Notes under the pieces: model-generated
What the model saw: the letters and a program-made list of their open reading frames with translations, nothing else
Told to the model about the DNA's origin: nothing
Database searches by the model: none
Program-made: the position numbers and the translations under genes
Part shown: one piece after another, positions 17,330 to 28,600 of the stretch
How positions within the stretch are numbered: the stretch's first letter is position 1
Layout of the letters: each line of letters opens with the position of its first letter
Origin: a virus
Lineage: Duplodnaviria > Caudoviricetes
DNA: 40,155 bases
Reading direction: 5' to 3' (one strand)
IMG/VR virus record: IMGVR_UViG_3300025635_000051
Coordinates: 1 to 40,155 of that record

Positions 17330-18423
17330 TGTCAAACGTTGAACAAGATGGTTCTGTTTGGGTTTGGAAACCTGGCGCAACACCAAAAACTAGGGTTACT
17401 TCACAGTTCCCGTCAATACCGGCATCGCCAGAAGCTGAAGGGTTTTTTCGCACAAACTGGGCAACAAACGAAACAACACCACCAACAACAGCACCAACAT
17501 CAACAGGTGGTAGTGGTTATGGTGGCGGCATGACAGCAAGTGATGCACTTGCGCTAGCGAAATTTAATTACGAAAAAGAACAAGATGCCAGAAAGGCGTC
17601 TGGTTTGTCTGACTACTACACGGGTGGTTCTTACAACACGGGTTTTGATGCGTTATTAAAAATGATTGCAGACCAAAGCAAAGTAAGCGAAGGCGCAATT
17701 GGTGGTGCTTATGATAGGGCGTTGCGAAATATAGGTCAGGGCTACGATGTTGCCAAAGGACTTGGCGACGAGGGTTATAGGGCCTTAAACGCATATTTGG
17801 CCGCAAACCAAAACAATCCATATGCTGAAATAAAAGCGCAGGTTGGTTCTGCGCCAGACGCTTTAACCAATTATTTAAACGCCTATGGTGTGTCGGACGC
17901 ACCTGTGCGTGGACAAATAGAAGCAGACCAATTGCAAGCACAGCAAGGTGCTGCTAATTTTCAAAATCTTGCCAACACACTCAGCGCACTTGCGCAGCAA
18001 GGTGCTGGGTCGCGTGCCGCAGAATCCCAAATGGCGCAATTGTTGTTTAATACTGGTTTGGGTCAAGAACGTGCTGGATACACAAGCCAAGCTGAAAACG
18101 CGCAAGCGCAAGCGCTTGCAGCGTTGCAACAAGCCGTTTATCAATCACGGTTTGGCGTTGAAGAAAAACGTAATGCTTTGGCACAAGAATTGGCTCAAAC
18201 CATTTCTCAATTAACTGGCGCCGCACCAACAAAAAGTGGTAGCGGTAGCGGTAGTGGTAGTGGCGATGGTGGCAATGCTCCATTACCTGGACAATTGGTA
18301 CAAACAGCAACTCCGCAAGAAATCCTTGCCAATCAATTAGCAAACCTTGTAGCCCCAGCGCAGGCGCAGGGCGGCACGGCGCAGCGATTGCTCGACGAGC
18401 TTAATGCTCGTCGCGGCAGGTAA
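17329..18423 (+). CDS. Putative internal virion/ejection protein
   Basis: Ala/Gln/Gly-rich, no Cys. Confidence 0.55.
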   Translation: MSNVEQDGSVWVWKPGATPKTRVTSQFPSIPASPEAEGFFRTNWATNETTPPTTAPTSTGGSGYGGGMTASDALALAKFNYEKEQDARKASGLSDYYTGGSYNTGFDALLKMIADQSKVSEGAIGGAYDRALRNIGQGYDVAKGLGDEGYRALNAYLAANQNNPYAEIKAQVGSAPDALTNYLNAYGVSDAPVRGQIEADQLQAQQGAANFQNLANTLSALAQQGAGSRAAESQMAQLLFNTGLGQERAGYTSQAENAQAQALAALQQAVYQSRFGVEEKRNALAQELAQTISQLTGAAPTKSGSGSGSGSGDGGNAPLPGQLVQTATPQEILANQLANLVAPAQAQGGTAQRLLDELNARRGR

Positions 18424-18440
18424 CGAAAAGGCTTATAGGC

Positions 18441-19652
18441 GTGGACCAGGAGCAGTTCAATTCCATAGTTGCGCAATTGCGCGGGCTTAATTCTTCTGGC
18501 ATTCTAAACACATCTGATTTGTCCATTTTGCAAAACGCCATTCTTGGCGTTTTGACAGACACATACACACCTGCTTATATTGGGAAAACGCCAGAACAGC
18601 TAATGGCTGATTATGCTCCCAATTTTTTTAATGCAGACCAAACAAACGACCCAATACTAAAAGATGTAGCAAGCGACATTTCTAAAGGTTACGACCTTTG
18701 GACCATTAAACAAAACTTAAAAGCCGTTTTGCAAAACGACCCAAACATCACAAGCGGTTCAGCCGAGGTGGATGATTACCTAAATCAAGCAGAGTTGTAT
18801 TATCGAGAATGGAATGCTTATCAAAAAGCTCAACGAGAAGATACTCAATTAAAAATTGAAAATGACCCATTCAGAAAAAGTGGTTTGCCAGGATTTGATG
18901 AAAGATATCAAGCAATTGATGTTTATGGTGACGCATTTAAAAAATTAGCAAAAGACTATGCTGCTCAACCCTACGAATCAAAACAAAAAAAATATCCACC
19001 TGGACAAAAACCTGGCAGTCCAATCGTTGACAAAACACAACCAATTCCTGCTTACACACCAAAACTAACAAAGGTTAATGCTCCGGAAGAATACGTAAAA
19101 ACTGCTGAAAAAAATGTTTCCGAAAAAGCCGACGAATTAACAAAAGCTAAAAAAGCTTTTGATGAATTTGTTGCAAAAAATCCAGATACGTACGATTTGG
19201 AATATCAAAGCTTGTTAGACGCATTGGATGCAGCAAGACAACGTTATTCCGAAAATGTTGCCGACACAGTTGGTTTTGTTGGTGCACCAAATACCAAAGA
19301 ATTAAAAACATCTGACATGATTGAGGCTTTGGCAAAAAGACAGGCTCAACAGGAAACTCAAAAAAATGTTCCTCGCCGTTATGCACAAGGAAGCACGGTG
19401 CCTATGTCAACCGTTCCTTTTGACGAGGCAAAAGCAAGACTTGCTGGCAATACGCCAGAACGAATGGCACGAGTCGCAGAAGCCATGGTTGCTTTATTGC
19501 AACCAAGAGTGGACGCTTCGGGTGCAACGCCACTAAAAGATGCTTTGATGAAACGTGGAATATTTAGTGCTGCTGCCGCTATTCCTAAATCGTCGGGTGC
19601 GTCTAAAAACTACACGGTTAAAGGTTCCAAAGTAGTTAAATTAGGCAAATAA
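18441..19652 (+). CDS. Putative internal virion protein
   Basis: 403-aa ORF coupled to the giant gene. Confidence 0.55.
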   Translation: MDQEQFNSIVAQLRGLNSSGILNTSDLSILQNAILGVLTDTYTPAYIGKTPEQLMADYAPNFFNADQTNDPILKDVASDISKGYDLWTIKQNLKAVLQNDPNITSGSAEVDDYLNQAELYYREWNAYQKAQREDTQLKIENDPFRKSGLPGFDERYQAIDVYGDAFKKLAKDYAAQPYESKQKKYPPGQKPGSPIVDKTQPIPAYTPKLTKVNAPEEYVKTAEKNVSEKADELTKAKKAFDEFVAKNPDTYDLEYQSLLDALDAARQRYSENVADTVGFVGAPNTKELKTSDMIEALAKRQAQQETQKNVPRRYAQGSTVPMSTVPFDEAKARLAGNTPERMARVAEAMVALLQPRVDASGATPLKDALMKRGIFSAAAAIPKSSGASKNYTVKGSKVVKLGK

Positions 19653-22600
19653 TGGCAACAAATGACAACAGTAGTCTCTACAAAAGATTAGCAGAACTTC
19701 AAGCTAATCGTCCGCAAAACGCGGTTGTGCCATCACAAAAAGCTGCGCTTAATTTTCGCGATGCAAAAATTAAAGCGTTACAAACCGCGCCAGGCCTAAC
19801 CGAAAGATTGCAACAAATTTCTAAAGGTGGACAACCAGCGCCAAGTGGCGCTTTGGGAACCATTGGCAATTTACTTGTTAATAATCCAATATCCAAAACT
19901 GTCTTGGGTGGATTATCCGCAATTGACATACCTCGTCGTTTGGTTATTTCTGGTATTAAAGAATTTAAAGACGCAGTAGATAATAATCCCAACACACAAG
20001 CATCTTTCAAAGATTATAAAGACCAAGTAGCAGACCCAAATTTTGGATTTGGCAGAGTTGTGCCTATGAGCGGTTGGGGCGGAAGAATAATTGGGTTAAT
20101 TGGAGACATTGCTCTTGACCCATTAACATACGCAACTCTTGGTGGAACAATTTCTAAAAAAGCAGTTACTCAAACAGGTAAAGGCGCAATTGAAAAATTT
20201 GCCACAGAGGCCGCAAAACGCTCGGATGAATTAGCTAATTTGGGTTTAGGTGGCGTTTCCGACACGGTCGTAAACGCTTTGCGCAAAACTTCAAAATATG
20301 AAGAAGCAATACCCACAAGAGAATTTTTGGGAACAAAATCTATTCAGGGTCGGCGTGGTTCGGAAGCTTTGGCTTCTGGTGCAAGAAAACTTGGTGCCAC
20401 CGATGCCGAAATAGCAGAAATTCTAAAACGAGGTCGTAATGGGCTAACCCCAGAAATGGCCAAATTGATGGGAATGAACGACTATGGAATTTATTATCTT
20501 GGCTCAAGAATACGTGTTCCTTTTAGTGGATACATAGGCAGGGGTCTTGCTTCAGGAATAACAAATGCTCGTTTAGGCATTTTGAACACAAGAGCTGGTG
20601 AATATCTTGGCAAGTTAATAACTCCGACCGGCACAGCAGCCAACTTGGATTTGCGCGACATTCGCTTTGCTGGCAGAGCTGGCAAATCAATGCCTGGCAA
20701 CCTAACACCCAAAATGGGTTTAGCCATTTTGGATGCAGATAATGCAGCCAGGGCGGCAAGAGGTGTTGCAGCCAGGGATGGGGCAAACATTGTTGCTCAA
20801 GCATTAAGCGACCCAGATGTGGTTGCTGAATCAAGCGTTATCTACAAATACCTAGACACCGACGTAATCCCAACAAACATTAGCGACAGACAGCGTCGAG
20901 CAATGCAAAAAATTAAAGACGCTACGGATAAGTTGTACGAAAACATTGATTCGTATGGAAGATTTGTTGCTGGCAACGAACCAAATGGTTTCGTAATTGC
21001 TGGTCGTCGCAAAAATTTCTTCCCTCACAAAATGACTGCTTCAGCACAGGATTTTGTTCAAAATAGTTCATCACAAAGAGCGATAGATGTTCGTCGGTAC
21101 ATGAAAGTTGACCATACAAATATTGGTGGTTCTTTTGAGTCGCGAAACCTTGAAGCGCTTGTTAATTCGGGCGAAAGCGTTGATTGGTTTGGAAAAATAC
21201 TTACACCCGAAGACATTGCTGGTGGCGTAGACAGGTTAAATGAACTCGCACGCTTGGGTGGGTTCAAAGGCGATTTTTTTGAAACAGATATTAGAAAAGC
21301 CCTTACTTCTTATTTGTCAAATTATGCGGAAGGTATTGGCACTATTGCCTTTTATCAAAACCTAAAAGAAAGCGGCAACGATATTGCCAGCATGGCTGTT
21401 CAGCGTGGCATGATTACCAAAGAGGCCCTTGAATCAATTTTAACGCAACCAGAACGAACCGCAAAAGCCGTCAAAACTGCTTACGAACTTGCTCGCAAAG
21501 AAATGTCGGATTTTGTTAACACGATTTCAAAAGAAGCGCAGTCTCAACTAAAAGAACAAACAAGATTAGCCAACCTAAGCCAAGAAGAAGTTGGAAAACT
21601 TCTTCTTGGTGGAACAGATGCAGAACAACTGATTGCACAAAAAACATTATCGGCAACCGAAGCAGATGCTGCCCTGCGAACCAAGACAGCAGAGAATGTT
21701 CAAAAAGCAATAGAAAAATTAAACAATGCCCGTGCGTTAATAGTTGAAAAACACGCAAAACACATGGCAATGTTTCAGGAACAATCTGTTCTTTTGGCAG
21801 AACAACAAGCACATCATCAGATTATTTTGGAGTCACTTGATTTAAGGCAGACAGCCTTAAATCAATATCTTGATGTGTTAACGCAGGCTTCAGAGGCACC
21901 TCCTGCGGAATATGTAAATAATTTGTTGAAGAATTTGCAAACAATGCAAGACGTTGTTGCCCAAAGTGCGGCCGAAATAGAACATAAATTTAATATTTTT
22001 ACAAGAGACTCTCTTGAGTTTTTAAATGATGCTCTATCTGATTTGTCAAACTATACAACGGTTGGCAACAAAAATGCTTCTCAAGTAATTACGGATTTAA
22101 AGAATCTTGCCAAGTTTGGTCAAATTCAAATTGGTCAAAATGTTAAATCTCGTGGCGGTCAAAAAGGCTTAAATTTTGACACAGTCATTAGACCATATTT
22201 GAACGCTACCGAAAAAGCAGTTCCAATTGGCAACCAAGAACAATGGAATGCTTGGGTTAAGTTAAAGAATCAACTTGAATTAGACACCATCACAAGAAGC
22301 AATCTTGAGAAAAAAACAATTGCTGATGTTCGTGAAACATTAGCCAGAGCAGCTACGTCCACCGACCCAACAGACCTAGGCGATGTGCGGGCAGCAATTA
22401 GTTGGTTGTTTGTGCGGGCTCAAGTAGATGACCCAAATTTTGCTAAAAATTTGTTAGACAACCCAACAGAAGAATATAAGGCAATTTTAAGAATTACAAA
22501 AAATGACGCTATTAGAAAAAAATACGGAATTATAAAAGTTGTTGAAGATAAACTTGATGGGTATGTTTTTACAAACATAAAAGAATTGCCTGCTGGCTTA

Positions 22601-25600
22601 AAACTTCCTGCTCAATGGTTGGTTATGGACAAACAAATTCGAGAGTTGGAAAGAAGGCTTTTAGCCGTTCCTGAACATTTGGCAAAAGTTCCAGATACTG
22701 GTTTGGGTGTAACAAATAGAGTTTATAGTTCTTTTGTAGACGTATTTGGTGATTACAACCAATCGCAAATATTAAAACCAGAAGGTTACGATGCGGTCAT
22801 TAACCACCTAAAGCAATTAAATGCCGACAATGGAATTGTCGGTTTGGAAGATTATATTAAGCAATTAGAAACGGCAAAAAACAATCCTGGCGCCCAAATT
22901 TCTTTGGGCGAATTATCTGATGACATCCAAGAACGTTTTGCGGCTGCTGAAAGCCGCATCAAAATAACAGACAATCGTTTAAGCAATAATGAGTTGAGTT
23001 TTTATGAATCAAAAACTCAACCCAACCTTCCTTTAAGAAACAGAATCATTGAAAAACAAAAAGCAATGATTAAAGAACGTGATGAGTTGATTCAAAAACA
23101 AAACAAATTAACAAGCAGGTTGCCAAAAGACACGTTGGACGAAATTAACTTTTTGGTTAACTCGGGTGGACAAAATCCAGCATTTGGTTATCAAAACCCA
23201 ATTGATATATCCCAGGGTTCAATGGAGCTTGCAAAAGCGGCAATGAATTTTTATATAAAAGAAGAATCTAAATACGTTCTTAGAATGGCAAATGAACTTT
23301 TGGGTGCAAGTGGAAGAACGTTGACACCACAGGGTCATGCTCGCATGACTCACGAAATTTATGAAACCTTTGCAAGAACGGCAACTGAACACGTAGATTC
23401 ATTGGAAAGGGCAAAAAATTTACTTGAACCAATTGCCGAAGAAGTTGTTGCCTCTGGAAGAAACGCAGAAGAAATGCAACTGCTTCTTCTTGAAAAACTT
23501 AGGGCAATAATGAACAACCCTGACGAACGAGAAGTTCTTCAGGAAATATTTCCAAATTTAGTTCTCAATTTGGAATTAAAGAAATTGTCCGACATTAAAA
23601 CGTACCTTGCTTCTGATTTGCAATATCAAAATATTGTCAACAGCATAGCCGACATCGAAGTTAGGGCTTTCCCTGTTTCGCAAATGAGCAATCTTGGCGG
23701 CGCTGGAGTTATTGATTTTAGGACAATAGCTGACCCTGTGATGGCAGCAAAAATGGAAACAAGTCGTCGTGCGCAAGAATCGGTTCTTGGTTCGGAAGGT
23801 TTGCAAAAATCTAAGATTTTGCAAAACCTTGCGAACAAAGGTCACGAAGGATACAAAACTTATTTAACCAATTTGAAAAAAAGAATTTTGGGCACCAAGA
23901 CATTTGGTGACGAACTAAAGAAACAACTTTCTTATGACATAGATGTTCAGATGAGTCTTCTTGATGAACACTATTCAAAGGTGGCCAAAGAACTAGAAGA
24001 AGCCAAACAGTTGGCAAAAGAAACAGCTACCGCACAACGAAAAGAAATTAAAAAATTGTCAGCTCGTATGTCTGGGCCGCAAAGAATTAAAGAACTGCAA
24101 AAACAAACAAGGGCTTTTGGAAAACGTCGTGACGATGCTGGTTATTTTGCTTATCAAGCAGACAGCATAGACCGCTATATCAACGACGCATTAAACAGCA
24201 ACATTAATTCAACACGGGCTATTAAAGAGTTGTTTGGGGCTTTATTTGGTGGGGAAAGATACGCAACACCTACGTTGCGTGGTTCGGAAGCTGCGCGTTT
24301 GTCTGGTTCCGGCACATTGAGTCTTCGTGTACAGAAACAAGAAGACTCATTTTTTTACAGAAACCTCAAGAATGCAAAAAGCATGCGCGATGAACTTAGG
24401 GTGCGAACCTATTCTTCTAACCCAGAAGAAGCGCAAATTTTAAGACAAAGAAAAGAATATGTAGATTATCTACAACAAACCTTGGACGATTTGGAACAAA
24501 TGATAAAGGCTAAACCAGAAGCCGCCAAGGCGTTAAAACAAGCAACCAAAGAACTCGATGCTGCGGAAAAACAAATTGCACAAGTCAATGGAGTCCCTTT
24601 GTCTTACGAAGAACGCATGGCTTACATTGACCATGTTCGGTTTGCTTTTGGAGAAATTAAACCACGCGAACGCGTGTTTAATTTGAACACACGACAATGG
24701 GAGTTTAAGAGAATAAAAAACGCTGACAGACCAGAATTGAAACCAATTCCAGAAGGCGCTTTTACCCCTGACGAAGCAAATTTAGTTAAAAAATATATTG
24801 ATGCAAAAACAAAACATCAACAATTTATTGAAACAGAAGAATACGGCATGGCCGCCCGAGAAGAATCTTTAATGAAATTCAAGAGAGAATTGGCTGCTGC
24901 TGATTTGTCTAAAATTACTTGGACCGTAACTGGAGACACATCAAATGCGGAATCTTGGACACCTCAACTTAATAAAATTATTTCTAATAGCATTGCTAGC
25001 GACCCAACGAATCTTCCATTTGATGCCCAACAAGTAATTTTGCAAAACCCCCTAAAGGGAGGTGTTGCAAAATTGCCTGACCCATTTAATAAAGATTTGC
25101 CAAAATTAATTAATCGAATGTCGGACCCAACTCAACCTGAGTTGATTTTCTTAGATGCAAACAATAATCAAATCCAGTTAAGGGTTGCTCGAGATGCCGA
25201 AGGCAAATCTTTGGGTTACTTAGAGAAATTGCAAATCAAAACAAGACAAGAAGCACCCGTAGCAGAAACTGCACCTGGAGGCGTAACCAAAGAACGCAGA
25301 TATGTTCCGCAACCAAGAATAGACCCAAATACGGGACAACCAGTACCAAACGAATTTGATTGGGTGATGGAATATACCAAGGCGGAAATACCTGCTGCTG
25401 GGCCAGCTGCACAAACAATTCGTCAAAAAACAATTTACGAACGTGTGTGGGAACCCTGGAATTTCAACATGGAAAGACTGAGCGTAATTGAGCCTGCATC
25501 CGTAATTGTAGAAGACGGACAAAAAGCTTCTAGGAAAACAATAACAACAGCAGAAAAATTTAACCCAGACGATGCTTGGGTTCCAATTGTAAAAACTAAC

Positions 25601-28600
25601 GACCCTGATTTGATATTGGATAGTCCAACACAATATGTGCGTATGTCTGCGTTTACCGGAACAATGGGTAGCGAAAAATCATTTATTCAACTCCCAGACA
25701 GCATGGGTGGTGGAAACTTTATGTTTACACCACCAGAGCAAGAAGCCTTGTTTACTGATTTTCTTTCGGATTACTACAGGCGTAATGCAACATATTTTTC
25801 AAGGCCATCAGCTTTTGTTGCTGAAGTAAAACGCCGAGAACAACAAATTGCTGGAGTCGCTCAACAGATTAAAAAATCCTATGACGATTTGGGCAGAAAA
25901 CAAAATTTAGCGTTGGGCAAAGTTTACACTAGCAAGTACGATAAAAAAGTAGCTGAATCCTTGAAGGCGGATTTGGAATTGTTGCAAAATGATTTAAACG
26001 AATTTTTGCGCTCAAAAGAAGTTTGGGATTCTCGTGCATCTGCTAACAAAAAAGTTGCTTTTTTGTATAACTTCTTTGATTCCACTGAAAGCAGAACAAG
26101 CAAAATAAGAATAACGCCAGACTTTGTTGATGAAATTACGGAAACAGGAATGGGTTCACCCAGCAACGTTCTTTCTGGCGTAACTGGCAATAAGCCCTAT
26201 ACGAGACTTCAGAAATACATTGAAGAACAAAACGTAGTTGATGATTTGGATAATTCTGTAAAGGTCTCTAAAGAAACAGCAAGCGAAAGACGCAAAATTA
26301 TTAATGGTTCTTGGGTGGGAACGCCAGAAGAAGCATTAATCACAAAAGCCAGCAATATGGTGTCTGATGTCAACGGCATAATGATGACCTATGGGCAAAG
26401 CACAGAACAGTTGTTGGCAAGATTATTGTCAACACGCGCTAGATACGACAGCGTTATTAAGATGGACGGCCTTAAAGCAGAAATGCAAAAGGCTGTGTTG
26501 GCAAAACAGCTGCAACAATCTGGGGTGATTAGTCCAGAAGCAACAGACATTACCGTATCTACACTCCGCAAGGGTGTTGCTCAAGAAACAGCAACGGCTG
26601 AACAGGCTTTGAATGCTGGCCCATTTGTGCAAGATTTGCCAGGCCGTCAGCCTATGGCTGACGAACTGGCTGGACAACAGGCTGCTTACAATCCACCACA
26701 GGTAGTGCGCAAAGAAATTGATGCTGCTGCTCAAAAGAAATCTGATTCGTTTGGGATGGAGACGGCGCCCCCAGGTGTTGGGTTTGCTGGTGAGGTTGCG
26801 CAAATTGAAAGTCTTCAATTTGCAAAAGAATTAGAACAAGAGGTTGCTTGGATTCAGGCCATTCAACTAAAAGAACAAAACGTCAAAACAGCAATGGCTG
26901 GTGCTGTTAGAGAAGAAGTCAAAGAAATTGATAAAGAAACAAAATTGTTGGCTCAATCTGAAAAAGAGTTAGCAAAAATAAACAAGAAACAAACCGATGC
27001 GCTTCGTGGAATTTCCAAACTTGGAAATGTCACAAAAGAAGAAACAGCGTTGGAAAATGCTAGACGGGCTTATGACGCTGCACAAATAGCAACTACACCC
27101 GAAGATGTAAACATTGCAATGCAGAAGATTATTGAAATTGACAATGTACTAAAATCTTCAGCCAGAGTTAGGGCTGCAATTAAGGGTATTAAAGGCAAGG
27201 AAGGTTACGATGCTTTTGTTACAGAGTTCCAAATGTTTGTTGACGAAGCAACAAAATTTGCTCAAATTGCCATCAACCCATCAGTTGATAAAAACATTCG
27301 TGACCAAGCTTCAAAATGGATTCTTGCCAACACAGAGTATTACAAACAAGTAGCAATTTTGAATTCGCAAGAACACATAGCGCGAATTGCAAATGGTCTA
27401 ACTAAGTCGTCTTACCTGAAAGAAACTGTAGGCAAAGACGGGAAAGTTAGACAAGAACTTGTGGAGGGTGTGCAGGTTCCAAAAGATAGTAGATTGAACT
27501 ACTTTGTTGATACCGATTTTGTTACTTCGTTTGACGAAGGAATGGTTCAATTAAGCAAGCAATTCCCAACAACTCAAGTGGCCCCGCAAATAGCCGAGTT
27601 TGTCAAAAACGTACACAGGTTGCAGGAACCAGCAATAGCAAGAGAGCTAAATATGTTTCTTGGTAAATACACAAGATTCTTTAAGGCTTACGCAACCTTG
27701 AGTCCTGGCTTTCACGTTCGCAACTCTATATCCAACGGCTTCATGTTGTTTGCCGCTGGAGGTAGTCCAAGGTATTTGATGGAAGGTTTGCAGATGTCAA
27801 GAAGCCTTAATGAAGCTTCTCGTGCTGGCAAAAGCGTAGAACAATGGCTTCAAAGTTTGCCTGTTGCGAAAAGGGCAAAAGCCGAAATTGCCGTAAGGGC
27901 AAGTTTTGCTTCTGGCGGCGGTAACGCAGCTGACAACTTGCGTCAACTGTACATGTCTGGTCGTTTGATAAACAATCCACTTACTCGTGGCAGCAAAGGT
28001 TTGGGACAATGGATTGAAGGACATTCGCGATTCATGTTGGCCTACGACGGGGCTATGCAGGGAATGGACTTCAATACTTCTGCGGCGAGAGTTCAGCGTT
28101 TCTTAATTGACTACGAAGATTTGTCTACCTTAGACAAATCTTTGCGTCAAATAATTCCGTTTTGGATGTGGACATCACGAAACCTTCCAATGCAAATACA
28201 AAATATTTGGTTGAATCCTCGTGCTTACCAAATCTATGGAAACACTAAACGTAATTTCAGGGACGACAAAGAAGGCGAAATCGTGCCTGCTTGGATGCAA
28301 GAAATGGGTGCTTGGAAACTTCCTTTTGGTCGCAATATATACGCAACGCCAGATATTGGTTTTAACAGAATCCAGGCAGATGTTAATATGTTGCAAGACC
28401 CAGCAAGATTTTTGTCAAACGTAAACCCATTGGTTCGTTTGCCAATTGAATTAACTGGAGAAAGACAACTGTTTAGCAATAAACGTTTCTCGCAAACTCC
28501 GGTCGAGGTTACTGGTGGTGTTGGCGCTGCGCTACAACCATTAATGGAATTATTGGGATATGGGGAAACTGGTGCGGGTGGAAGAAAATTTGTTGACGAC

